A DNA stretch of 59,222 bases, the filler included, from Fonticula-like sp. SCN 57-25 (taxonomy: Eukaryota), in assembly GCA_001724245.1 (NCBI GenBank). It is 10 parts of 10 records of this genome, joined end to end, with 100 filler letters (N's around TTAATTAATTAA, not from the genome) between each part and the next. Parts side by side here need not be neighbours in the genome. Positions count along the whole stretch, not along the records: positions 11,182 to 16,640 come from MEDX01000719.1; positions 16,741 to 22,195 come from MEDX01000720.1; positions 22,296 to 27,727 come from MEDX01000721.1; 7 more parts are not named here. One strand, written 5' to 3'. A program made the translations under genes and the position numbers. Of this stretch, positions 11,182-24,017 are shown one piece after another (within the stretch, counting starts at the first letter, position 1; each line of letters starts with the position of its first letter). Below the pieces are notes generated by a model, which made no database searches, was not told the origin of the DNA, and saw only the letters and a list, made by a program, of their open reading frames with translations.

Positions 11182-13460
11182 ATAGCTACCAAGTTGCCAT
11201 TCATTTGTACAGACAAAAGCATGGAAAGTACAGCGAAATCATAAGCTGCTACCTGAAAGATGAGCTTAATAACAAGGATGTATTCAAGTATATTGAGACC
11301 GAATATGACCGGGTTAATGATGAAGAACGAAAGGCACTTTGCGAATCGTTTATTCAGAATGTTGTCAAGCTGATACAAGTAGACCCTAGTGATTTCACAC
11401 AATTAGTCTTTTCCAAGTTCCCAGACGCCCACAGTGAAGTGATGAAAGGGTTGGTGAAGGAGACAAGTGAGGCTGATCGCTTCTTCTTGTTCAAATACTT
11501 GGAGCAAGTAAATGCAACCAATGAGAAAATCGAAGAGGAAGAGATTCATCAAACGGAAAACGCAGAGACTGGTAAAGCAAAGATCTCCTTGGACGAAGAA
11601 TTACAGAATACTTTTGTTGAAATGCTAATCAAATTCGCACCTCAAGATGTGCACCAGTTTTTGAAGCGCCATCAGCCAGCAAAGGTCGATAGTTTGCTAC
11701 AGCGCTGTGAGGAAATTGCAAAGGAGTATACTAAGAGGTTAGAATTGAAGAAGGAGGAGATTAGCAACAATCCCGAACTTAAGCAGAAATTTTATGAGGA
11801 GAAAGTGAAAAAGATTACCTTACAAAAGCAAATTACTGCCAAACTTCAATCCAAGAAGCAACAACAGGGCACAAGTGTGCTAGCCCAAAGAGAGGACAAA
11901 ATATCAGACAAACTAGAAGAACAAGAGATTATAGAGAAGATTGAAGATGCTATTAGCTTCCTCTTCGAGCGCAAGGGAGAAGTGCGCAAGGCACTGGACA
12001 ATGTGATGAAAAAATTGCAGAACAAGATGAATTACGTGTTGGAACTGTTCAAAACCTATTCACTAACCGTTGATCCCGATAAGACAGCATTTATTGCATT
12101 CCGCGAGTATGCACTCAAGTACAATGCCAGTTGTTCTCGTGTAAGTATTGACAAGGCCCAGTTCCTACCTCCCGCAATCACAGTCTATAATGCCAAGAGT
12201 ATTGAGAAGAAGGAACTTATTGAGCATGATCTGGTAAGAGAACTCAAGGAAACATTGGACAAGGCACTCAAGCTGTGTCGACGCACAACGAAACGCAAGA
12301 CGAGTGATAACCCGAATGAAATTTGGTTCACTCTATTGGACTCCTTCTTAATGCCTCTCCGCAAGATGAGAATTGTTTCCATGGATGTCAAGAATCGTGA
12401 GCTCAATCAAGAAATCCTTGCACAAAAGACAAAACTTGAGAGAGATTTGGCAAGAGCGCAGAGGAATGCAGATGATACAAAATCCATTTTGGATAGCATT
12501 ATCGCTGAAAAGAGGGAGAATGCGCAAAAGGACCCAACATACAACTCAAAGAGCAACTTGTACAAGAATGATTTGAGGAAAGTAGAGAATATTAAGGCGC
12601 AAATCGAAAAACTGGTCAAGGAACAAAACAAGGAAGACCCTTACGCTGCAGACAACTTACCTCCACTCGCAAACTTGTGGCTACAGGATCTGTATTTGAA
12701 ATGCTCTTCTCGCATCATTAATGACATGATCAACCGCATCCCTGTACCCATTATTATCCGTAAGGTGATTGACTCCAACAAGGATGACGAGTTTGCCTAC
12801 ATCCGAAACGTAATCTTCCGTTTGCTCAACTTGTACGACTTTGAGCATGATTTGATGAGAAACACGAACAACATCCTCGAGAGAGACACCTTTAGACTCT
12901 GTAAGGAATTCAAGGAAGTGCTCTCGCGGGGGATCAAGCCAGTATCCACTAGTTGCTGCATGTGTGAAGCTGACCTGAGCGTCAAGATCCACGAGCAGTC
13001 AACCTTTGTTCGGTTATTTGAATGTGGACATGCGTTCCACTTTGCCTGTGTGGCAGCAATCTCCAACTGCCCCCTGTGCCCTCACAAGCGCGGTGTGCGT
13101 GCGAAACCAAAGATTAACCGAGTGAATGAGGATGCCGGGGATGACGACGACCCAACAGCAGCAAAGAAGATGTCCAATCTTTCCACTCGCTTGCAAATCC
13201 TGTACGAAACTGGTCTCAAGGAGGAATCGAAGATGAGTGTGTACAAGAACCTGTTGAGCGAAGTTGCGAAGCTTAAGAAGAAGAACGTTGTGCACAGTGT
13301 TCATGTGCAATCGAAACTACCGATAACAGTGAGGCCAGCAGCACACGTACAGAACGTGGTACCCTCCCGCTCCGATGTGGATAGGATCTTCCACAGTTCG
13401 CAACCAGTCTATTTCGATATGGCATCGCTGCTCCAAAACCACGAAAACATGTTTAACTAA
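11182..13460 (+). CDS. VPS8: Vps8-like CORVET subunit, C-terminal part with RING-H2 finger (5' truncated)
   Basis: Long intronless alpha-solenoid ORF; YSEIISCYLKD...VFKYI, EIWFTLLD, terminal C-x2-C...FECGHAFHFAC...CPLC. Confidence 0.75.
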
Positions 13461-13730
13461 AAACGCATTTGCAATTTCTTTTTTCTTCGGTGTCCGTTGC
13501 GTTGCCAGTAGGTCCTTCTACATGTCAAAAACGGGAGCAACTCAACCGAACATATCCCCAAAATGTGTTACTCAACCGGAAAAGCTACCAAAAAGGATTG
13601 TTGTTTGCTTAATGAGACTACCAATGAACGAAGCGCCGCAATTCTCCGGATTGTGATTTTGGCGAACCCTTGGCCAAAAAACAGACACCTCACGCTTGAC
13701 CGAAAAGCAGACACGGCGCAACAACAACCA

Positions 13731-15698
13731 ATGGACCCAAACAAGCAAACGCGGCGCCCAATGGATCCAAACAAGCAACCACAGCAACCACACCCATTGC
13801 AGACACAGCCATTACAACCATCACAGCCATTGCAACCATCACAACCACCACAACCATCACAACCACCACAACCACAGCAGCAGAAGAAGAACAAGGGGAG
13901 GAGAAGGCCAAAGCAGCAGAGGAACCCAGAGGTGCAGCAGCACATTGTCCGTTGGAAATACCGAATCGTTGGGAGGGTACCAGTGGGACCAGTGGGACCA
14001 GCGAACGACGGGGAGCCACCACCGCAGACACTGTCTCACGCACCACCGCAACCACTGGCTCGCAGCGCCGATTCCGGGACACCGGCGCCACCACCACTGC
14101 CACCACCGCCACCACCAGAGGATCATAGCGGGAGAGTCGCTACAGGTGACACTGGTGTCCGTGGTGCGATGATGACGCGCTGGACCCACTACAGGGCGCC
14201 AGGGCAAGAGCCACTCAGTTTTGATCAACCTCCCAACGCTACTCGGATTGTGCAGCAAAATATTGCAGATGCACGGGTTGTGTATAGAGATGTTCGTCCA
14301 GCACAGATTGTCGTAGGCAGAAATGTTGAACAACCACACACTTTGGGCAGAGATGTTGAGCAACTACATGCAATGAAGGGAAATGTTGAGCAACTGCATG
14401 CAATGAAGAGAGATGTTGAGCAACTGCATGGAGTGAAGGGAAATGTTGAGCAAGTACATGCAATGAAGAGAGATATCGCTCATGTACACGTTACGAAGGG
14501 AAATATTGAACAACCGCACACTATGACGGGAAATATCGATCAAGCACACATTACGAAGGGAAATGTCGATCGAGCACATACAATGAAGGGGGATATTGGC
14601 AATGTTCAAGCAGTCAATCGAAATGCTCCACTCGTCCGTACTGTGGATATCCATTACAATCATGTACCGTTACAGCCTTCACCATCATCACTACCATTGC
14701 AATCGCAATCGCTCATATCACAACTTGTGCCATTATCATCACGACCGCAACTATCGCCATCACAATCACCACCACCACGTGTTCCATTTTCATTACCACT
14801 CCAATCTCCATCCTCCTCTGTGCAACAATTCGCATATCCATCCTCTTCTGTGCAACAATTTACATCTTCATCTCAACATTCCTCATATCCATCCTCTGTG
14901 CAAAATTCTTCATATTCATCTCCATCTCAACATTCCTCATATCCATACCCATTGCCATCACAATGCTTTCCACCCGAACCACACTCATCACTGTCAAAAC
15001 TATCGCCACAATCATCACCCTTATCTCCACAACCACTGCACAGGATACACATGTTGGCTCCAAAGTGTTCCTCCTCCTCCTCCCATTTGAAGAGAGAGCG
15101 CGAAGCAGAGATACAGACATTTGAAGGGGGTAACCCCTCTGCGCGTGACTCTCCTAGTCTTGTGGGAGAGTATCCTGTTTCTTATCCCCAATCCTCCAAC
15201 TTTGGGGTTGCATCATTGTACTATGGTAATAGCCAAGAGATTGCAGAGACTCGTGCCAGTAGTAGTATTGAAGGTGGTAGTAGTTATGACAATAGTAACA
15301 ATAGCAGTTATAACAGTAGTAACAATAATAGTCAGAACAATGGTAACAATAGCAGTTACAGTAGTGGTAACAATAGTAGTTATAACATGAGTGGTCAGGA
15401 TGGCAGTAGTAGTGGTAGCATTGGCACATCTTCATTCCCCGTGGAAACATTGCCATCTATCCAGCCTTTGCGACATAGAAACTTTTTAACTGCACCCGCA
15501 CCAAGTGGTTACCCTGGACCCCAATACCAAGAGTTTAACTCCACGGTACTTCTGCGACCTGTGAACGACTTGCAACATCTGCCACCAGCCCCCTTCGAGC
15601 TCATGTTCCCAGGGTGGCAACAACAGCAAGACCAGCCCGAACAAAGTGCTTCAAAACGACAAAAACGAGATGTAAATAAAAAACACGTTGCAGAGTAA
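13731..15698 (+). CDS. Low-complexity (Q/P, S/P, N/S) protein with a 10-aa tandem repeat; function unknown
   Basis: About 2-kb open frame from ATG 13731; basic NLS-like KKKNKGRRRPK and KRQKR. Confidence 0.55.
   Translation: MDPNKQTRRPMDPNKQPQQPHPLQTQPLQPSQPLQPSQPPQPSQPPQPQQQKKNKGRRRPKQQRNPEVQQHIVRWKYRIVGRVPVGPVGPANDGEPPPQTLSHAPPQPLARSADSGTPAPPPLPPPPPPEDHSGRVATGDTGVRGAMMTRWTHYRAPGQEPLSFDQPPNATRIVQQNIADARVVYRDVRPAQIVVGRNVEQPHTLGRDVEQLHAMKGNVEQLHAMKRDVEQLHGVKGNVEQVHAMKRDIAHVHVTKGNIEQPHTMTGNIDQAHITKGNVDRAHTMKGDIGNVQAVNRNAPLVRTVDIHYNHVPLQPSPSSLPLQSQSLISQLVPLSSRPQLSPSQSPPPRVPFSLPLQSPSSSVQQFAYPSSSVQQFTSSSQHSSYPSSVQNSSYSSPSQHSSYPYPLPSQCFPPEPHSSLSKLSPQSSPLSPQPLHRIHMLAPKCSSSSSHLKREREAEIQTFEGGNPSARDSPSLVGEYPVSYPQSSNFGVASLYYGNSQEIAETRASSSIEGGSSYDNSNNSSYNSSNNNSQNNGNNSSYSSGNNSSYNMSGQDGSSSGSIGTSSFPVETLPSIQPLRHRNFLTAPAPSGYPGPQYQEFNSTVLLRPVNDLQHLPPAPFELMFPGWQQQQDQPEQSASKRQKRDVNKKHVAE
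14316..14615 (+). repeat. About ten 30-bp coding tandem repeats (GNVEQLHAMK-type)
   Basis: Units such as ggaaatgttgagcaactgcatgcaatgaag repeated with 30-bp period. Confidence 0.85.
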
Positions 15699-15738
15699 GG
15701 AAAACACTGTTATTGTAAGTGATTCGTGACTCGTTGCA

Positions 15739-16640
15739 TTAGCCTTGGCCAGAGATCTTGTGCAGCAGTAAGTGGAACGGGTTGCCTTGAGCTGAAAGGG
15801 TTGACTTTGTGGACCAGTGCTTCAAGGCGCTCAACGTGTTCTTCGAGAATTGTTCCATGACAGCATTCTTGTCTGCACTCTTTTGTGCCAAGCCATACAG
15901 TTTGTGAGCAAGTGCCATTGACTGTGGGTTCAACTCTGTCTGGGTAACTAGATGGTTGAACAACTCCAAAGAGCACATGGCCTGTTTTCTCAACATGCCC
16001 ACATCATCATCCGCTTGCAATGTTGTCATGTGCTTCAGGATCTCATCCAAGATGCTGTTTCCAATTGCTAAAATATCATCCAAATAGCTTGCATCTCCAG
16101 CAAACAGGGAATCGTTTGGGTTTACGCCAACATAGCGGTAAGGCAATTCATCCTGATATAGGGCGCACAAGCTGTTCAACATACAAATGAACACGTGGCT
16201 CTTAGCATCGCTTCCCTTTTGCCACTTGTAGTCTTGCAACACTTTGAACAAGCCCTTGAACAAGTAGAAGGGACCCAAGTCTGGGTGACTTGGGATAGAA
16301 ATGAAGCAACTTGCGAGTGTGTTTACCAATTCAACAAGCTGTCTCTCGGTAACTATTGCCGTGTTGTTTTCGAGCACTATCAATTGTTGATGATGGTAAA
16401 GATACAGGTTGTTGATGGTAAAGGTACAAGGTGTTGTGAATTTTGGCAACTGTTCGCTTTTGTGCAACATACCTATTAATGGTGGAACGTCAGCAATGTT
16501 CTCAATGCAAGTCTTGAACAACACATCTGCTTGTCCCAACAAATTGTTCATCACTGCAACCTGTCCTCTCAACACGTAGAGGTGCAGTCGCTTGAATACA
16601 ACCTCAACAGAGGGGATGGTGATGTGTGCAAAAGCCAAAC
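15739..16640 (-). CDS. VPS35L: VPS35L (C16orf62, Retriever subunit), C-terminal part (5' truncated)
   Basis: LAFAHITIPS...RLHLYVLRGQVAVMNNLLGQADVLFK, PSHPDLGPFYLFKGL, ELPY...NDSLFAGD; probable in-frame intron 16377-16472. Confidence 0.82.
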
Positions 16641-16740
16641 NNNNNNNNNNNNNNNNNNNNNNNNNNNNNNNNNNNNNNNNNNNNTTAATTAATTAANNNN
16701 NNNNNNNNNNNNNNNNNNNNNNNNNNNNNNNNNNNNNNNN

Positions 16741-16892
16741 AGGGAGGTGGTGATGCCTGCGGTTCAACGGCCGGTGAGTGTGCGCGTGTGTGGCGCTGGT
16801 GCAGACGCGCTTCCTTAAGTCTTTGCCTAGGAGGGGCCGTATGTGCCTCTCCCGCAGCACACCCGCTGTGGATTGGGCCAAAACGAGTCATA
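16741..16892 (+). CDS. Possible 3' end of an unidentified gene
   Basis: REVVMPAVQRP, intron GTGAGT...CCTAG (16774-16830), then EGPYVPLPQH...TAG. Confidence 0.3.
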
Positions 16893-17062
16893 GGCACGTT
16901 ACATTACCACCCCATCGCATGGCGCCTAGAAGCGTGCGCCCCTGCTCCCCCTTGGGGGCGCGCGCGGCGCCTGCAGGGTACATTATTTCCACATAGAAGC
17001 AGAATATGACAATTGAAATGGTATTGTTACAAACAGGCAGAAAATAAGCGCGAAAGAATTGT

Positions 17063-18926
17063 CTATGCCCAGCAGACGACGAGCTCGTTTGCAAACACGT
17101 CCATCACGCTCTTGTAGTCGTTCCACGTGAGCCCTTCGCTCCACAGCATCTGATCCACATGATACTTGCTTCCAAAATAAGGGAAAAGCCTAGAGCGCCG
17201 CGCCGCCATTAGAAAAAAAATGCGGTAGTGCGAGTCGCACCGTCTAAAGAGCTGCGCCGGCTGCTGCGGCTTGTTTTGCGTCAGCTTGTCGAGCAGCTCG
17301 CTGTCCGATGTGGCGCGCGACCGCGTCTTGTCAAGCTGCTCCGCCACGAAAAGATACATGAATCTACCAAATTGCCACTCGCGTTAGCCAGGCAAAGCAA
17401 CGGCGCGCTTGTCCGCACCGCTCCTCGAGAAAGTCGTGCTGCAAAAGCCAGACGAGCATTTGAATGAACTGGGTCCGCTGCGCGGGGACCGTCGGCATGA
17501 CCTCGGTGAGCGCGCGGTTGTTGCCAAACAGCTCTAGCGTGCTCAGCAAAGAAACGCCGGGGAACTGCCGCGCAAACTGCTGCCAAAGGGCGTGTTCCCT
17601 ACAAAGATGGGTGAGCAACGTTGGAAAGCCCTGCGGTAGCTCCGCACGGGTCTAGGATGGCGGTGGGCGCAAGCACGTAGACATTGTGCGTGGTGAGCTG
17701 GTGGATGACGCGCGCCTTGCCCCAGGCGACCAGGTGGGCCGCCAGCCGGCACAGTAGACTGACCGAGATGTCCAGCTCGCGGTGCAAGTCTTGTAAACTA
17801 GGTTTGCTCGTTAGTCGTACTGGCGTACAATTCACAGAAATCGCACCTTTTAATGGGGTTGACTGCCTCCACCAGGCGTATCAAGGGCGCAGACGCGTCC
17901 GGTGGCAGCGCCTCCAGCAGCTCCGCTGGCGTCGAAAGCAGAAGAACAGTATCGTAGAGCTTGAGCGGAACGAATCCCGATCGCTTACCCGGTGTTGTTA
18001 TTGACAGTGGCTATCATGCGGTTAGAATTGAGAGTACATTGGCGCTTGCCGTACTAAAGGCTGAAAGGGGTCGAGCTGATCGCGTATCCGCTCGGGAAAC
18101 GGAAACGGGCGGACAGACATTCCAATCCATTCGTTCACGTCGAGCTTGCCGCTTTGCCCTCCCAAAAGCATGCTGTAGATGGTGCGAATGCGCCGGGCGA
18201 GATCGCTCGCCTCGAGCAGCCGCGCGACGATGGCCGAGGCTGCGGCGCAGCGTTAGTTGAAAGCGATGTGAGCAAGCGCGGCGAACCTGAGCTGGCCGAC
18301 GACTGTGTCCCGTGAGCGGCGTTCACCACTTCCTCCTGGATTCCGCCCATAATGTCCAGCTGCTGCGTCACGTACTTTGACTTGTGCTGCTCGTGCATCA
18401 GCGCCTGCACGAGCGGTAGCAGCACCTGGCTGTACAAAAAGTCGATCAGCTCCTTCCATGGGTATGTGCTGCTCGCCTGCATGACAAAGGCAATGTGGAA
18501 CAGGTTGGCGGACACCGCCATCGACGTCTCATTGTCCAGGGGGTCGCCGTACGAGCGCAGGCCGTGCGAGTCCCGCGACCACTCGCGCAGCGACGCGGGA
18601 TGGCCGAGAAACGTAAGATCGTCCACCGTCAGCAGGAATCGCCGATCCACAATGCGGCTCCGAGGCGTGAGCAAGTCGGCCAGAAACTGCGCGTCGTAGC
18701 CAAACGGCTCGTGAAACGGAGAGTAGCCCGGCGTGCTGAGGGAGGGCTGCTTGGCGGCGTCGGGGCGGGGTGCCCCCCCGGGGCCGCCAGCAGCCCCGCT
18801 ATTCCGCACAGGAAGGGCCTGCGGCTCTGGCGGGTAGCAAAATACAAGCTTGTGGCCAGCCTTTTCGTTGATAACCATAACGATGCCCAGCAGCGGAAGC
18901 GCCGCCGATGTTGCTGCGGGCTCCAT
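17063..18926 (-). CDS. NPRL3: NPRL3/Npr3, GATOR1 subunit
   Basis: ATG 18926. GHKLVFCYP, LADLLTPR...RFLLTVDDLTFLGHP, LFHIAFVM, LMHEQHKSKYV, LAAHLVAWGKARVI; several short introns. Confidence 0.88.
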
Positions 18927-18987
18927 GGGTGCCGATGCAAACTGCTGACAGATTGCATCGCCGTCCCTGGCTTGCCCGCCCATCATC

Positions 18988-20243
18988 ATGAGAAGCGCGA
19001 TGGTGCTGCTGCCTCTTCTTCTCGTCGCGGCCGCGGCGAGCTCGGTGGAGCTGGCAACAGCGGCTCAAGGGCTTTTCAGCGGGCACACAAACAACTGGGC
19101 GGTGCTTGTGTGCACATCGCGATTTTGGTTCAACTACCGGCACGTTGCGAACACCCTGTCGGTGTACCGCACGGTGAAACGGCTAGGGATCCCGGACAGC
19201 AATATCATTCTCATGCTTGCGGACGACATTCCCTGCAATGCGCGCAATGGTGCGTTAACGTTTGCTTGGCTTCCTATGCTGATTATGTCTAGCATTCCCT
19301 GCCGCCGTGTTCAACAACGCCAACCACAAGCTGGACCTGTACGGCGACAGCGTCGAGGTAGACTATCGAGGCTACGACGTGACCGTTAACCGCTTTATTC
19401 AGCTAATGACGAGTACGACGCGCGAGGTTGGCCATTGTGGTGTCTAATTTGTAATGTGCCGCAGATCGCCTGCCCGAATCCTACCCTGCTGTCAAGCGGT
19501 TGTTGTCTGACGAGCACAGCAATGTTCTCGTGTACATGACGGGTACGCGCGCGACAACATTTTGTTATGTTTTTTTTGACAGTACGTGCTAGGCCACGGA
19601 GGAGACGAGTTCCTCAAGTTCCAGGACTCGGAGGAGATCACGGGCCAGGATCTCGCCGACATCTTTGAGCAAATGTGGCAGCAGCGGCGGTACCGCCGCG
19701 TGCTCTTTATGGCGGACACGTGCCAGGCAAACACTCTTTTCGAGCGTTTTTATTCGCCTAATATTGTTGCAATTGGCTCAAGTAGACGTGACGAAAACTC
19801 TTACTCGGTGCGCCGCTGCGTCCCGATACTAATCAACATGGCTGACTCTTTCTGCGCAGCATCACTCTGATCGCGAAATCGGAGTCGCCGTCATTGACCG
19901 GCTCACCTACTACATGCTCGAGTTTATGGAGCGTGTTCAGCGCCAGAGCAGAACAACGTTGCAGCAGCTGGTACGACCCATGTGTACCGCACCATCTAGT
20001 ACTCATGCATGTCGAAACAGTTTGGGTACTTTCAGCCGAATATGCTGAATTCGCATCATGGCGTCCGCAGCGACCTCTTGCCGGCGGGCGACCTTGACAA
20101 GGTGCGCATCACGCTCGGCGCTTTCCTTTTACTGATGCGGGATCGACCCTTTAAAGGCGCTCGTGAATGACTTTTTCGGTGCCGTCCAGATGATCGAAAG
20201 CACGCGAGCAGTGGCCGAGGACGTCCTTCCACCGCCTTTCTAG
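18988..20243 (+). CDS. GPI8: GPI-anchor transamidase catalytic subunit GPI8/PIG-K
   Basis: Signal peptide; [25 protein letters not shown]; catalytic GHGG and DTCQ motifs; multiple introns; spliced frame ends ...[10 protein letters not shown]...PPPF-TAG 20243. Confidence 0.92.
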
Positions 20244-20397
20244 GGTAAGCAATAGTTAAACTGCCCTTTGCGCCCTTGTACACTATGGAAAATACCGAAT
20301 TGTAGCAATAATACCGAAGCCGAGGAGAAGCTCGAAAGACTGCATATCCACGTGGCCCATTTGTCATCTTGGACATTCCCACGACCCCTCGAGCAGA

Positions 20398-21919
<1,522 letters not shown>

Positions 21920-22295
21920 AGCAATCGACAATAGTAGTATCGCAATTCATCTTCATCCCTTTTTGTTCGTGCGAAAGTTAAGAGTGTCTGTACATATCAT
22001 TCGACATATTTATCATTTAGCTCGTAGCATTAATATATTATTTTAAAGTATGGGCCATAGGCGTGAACTTGTAGACTATTCCTCTGCTGTCTTGCAGAGT
22101 TCTTGGATCGTTATGCGCAGTCAGCATATGGGTCAGCAAAATAAAATCGCATGCGATTTTGAAAGTGCGTATTCTTTTGCGCACCTCGAAAAGATNNNNN
22201 NNNNNNNNNNNNNNNNNNNNNNNNNNNNNNNNNNNNNNNTTAATTAATTAANNNNNNNNNNNNNNNNNNNNNNNNNNNNNNNNNNNNNNNNNNNN

Positions 22296-22415
22296 CATGA
22301 CGTCCTCAACATCGACATCGACATCCCAGTCGGCGGCGACGGGGTGCACATGCAACTTTTGCTTCTTACCATGAAACCACGCGCGCAAGCCGCGCAGTAC
22401 AGCACTCCTCTTCAT
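22296..22415 (-). CDS. 5' fragment of an unidentified gene
   Basis: MKRSAVLRGLRAWFHGKKQK... open to the contig edge. Confidence 0.3.
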
Positions 22416-22890
22416 GTCGGGTACAGGCGCAGTGTGACAATGGCGGGTGGACGCGCGGGATTTATATGCGTCAACGTCAGAAGTCAGCCCGCGGGTATTT
22501 TTGGGCGCCACCCCACAAACAAAGATGCTGACGCGATCACATTTGACCCCTGTAAATCACTGCAAACTGACCCAGTTTGCATAGGATTTGCCAACAAACA
22601 ATCACGTGACAACTTTGTTCCGCGGGGTTCCAAAAGTTTCCATATCAAAGGTTACGCAAGCAAAATTTGCTTCACTTTACAGACATCCGTCTGCCTCCCC
22701 CCCGCCGCCCCCTTCCGCGCGCGAATCCCAAAGAAACTTTTTTTGTTCCTTTTCGTTACAGAAGAGGAACGAGGTGCTTTGCTAAAGAGATCTACTTGCG
22801 GCCCTGTCTTTGCGTGGGCTAGCTAGGGTGTCTTTGTATACTTTTTATATACTCGGCTGAAATCGGACTGCGGACGTGTCAGTGCTGACA

Positions 22891-23621
22891 ATGTCGACCA
22901 TCATGGAATCCATCGGCGCTGGCGCCACTTTTGCCTATGCTTCCCCCGGCATGACTGAGACGCCCCTCACCACAGTGTCACGGAGGAAGATGTCAATCCC
23001 GTCGAGGTCGCCTTCCCGCGCGACCTTTGGCGGCCCCGGGGTGGTACTCACTTTTGGGGGCGTCGGCGAAATCGGCGATCTCATCCGAATCCACTCGGTT
23101 CACTACGCGCAGCCAAAGACCGAGTGTGACCATGGAGTGGCCTTGCTCGCCGACGTGTCGCCCATTTCTGCTACGCCGGTCAAGCAGATCCGCGTCTCGC
23201 CATCACTTTCCCGCGCGTTCGTCAAGTCACGTGTAATGGACACCCCGCCCGCCAGTGACGAGGAGTGCTCAGATGACGACACGTGGAGCCAGTCCTCAAG
23301 CAGGAAGCGCATGCGCAAGGAAAAGTGTACGAATTTTTTTTCTTTTCTCGCTTTTGGCCGATTTTGAAATCTAAACTTTTTGGTTTGTCAGCACCGCCGA
23401 CCATCAGCCGCCACAGCGGACTCAAGAAGGAATGCGGTGCATGCGGTACCAAGAAGACGCCGTACTGGCGCGACGGGTGGGAAAAGACTGTTATCTTGTG
23501 CAATGCGTGCGGGATTCGTTTCCAAAAGTACCGCGCCCGCTGCGCTCAGTGCAACTACATCCCCCGAAAGGAGGAGAAGATGTCGGGATCCTGCACCCAG
23601 TGCGACGGCCACTATGTCTAG
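22891..23621 (+). CDS. GATA zinc-finger factor, ZGLP1/Ash1-like
   Basis: Intron 23327-23391; CGACGTKKTPYWRDGW...LCNACGIRFQKY followed by a second Cys4 motif RCAQCNYIPRK...CTQC. Confidence 0.85.
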
Positions 23622-24017
23622 AGCCGCGCCCGGATTTCTCCGAGCGCGCAATGCTCCTCAAGTACTCGTGTATTCTTTCTTCTTGGTCTCTTTGCTCGCG
23701 GCTGTAATGCGCCGCGGCTGCCTTGGCCTTAAAAAGTTATTTGCTTCTTTGGTTTGACGGTGGTCGGGCCGCCGAGCCTCCGCCGAGCGTTATCCGTGAC
23801 TGCTCCCGCGTTGGTTTGTGCTGGCCGCACAGGAAAATGCTGCTCTTATCATTCGTTGTATCATTAGTCTATTATAAAGCGCCATCGTTTCAACCTGCCA
23901 GCAATTCTAAACAGGCATCAATCAAAGCGCGTTGCCGACGTACAACGTTGCCTATCAAAGTAGCGAGCGATATAACACAAACAGATTAAGAAACTGAGCA
24001 AATATAAACACTCCGCC

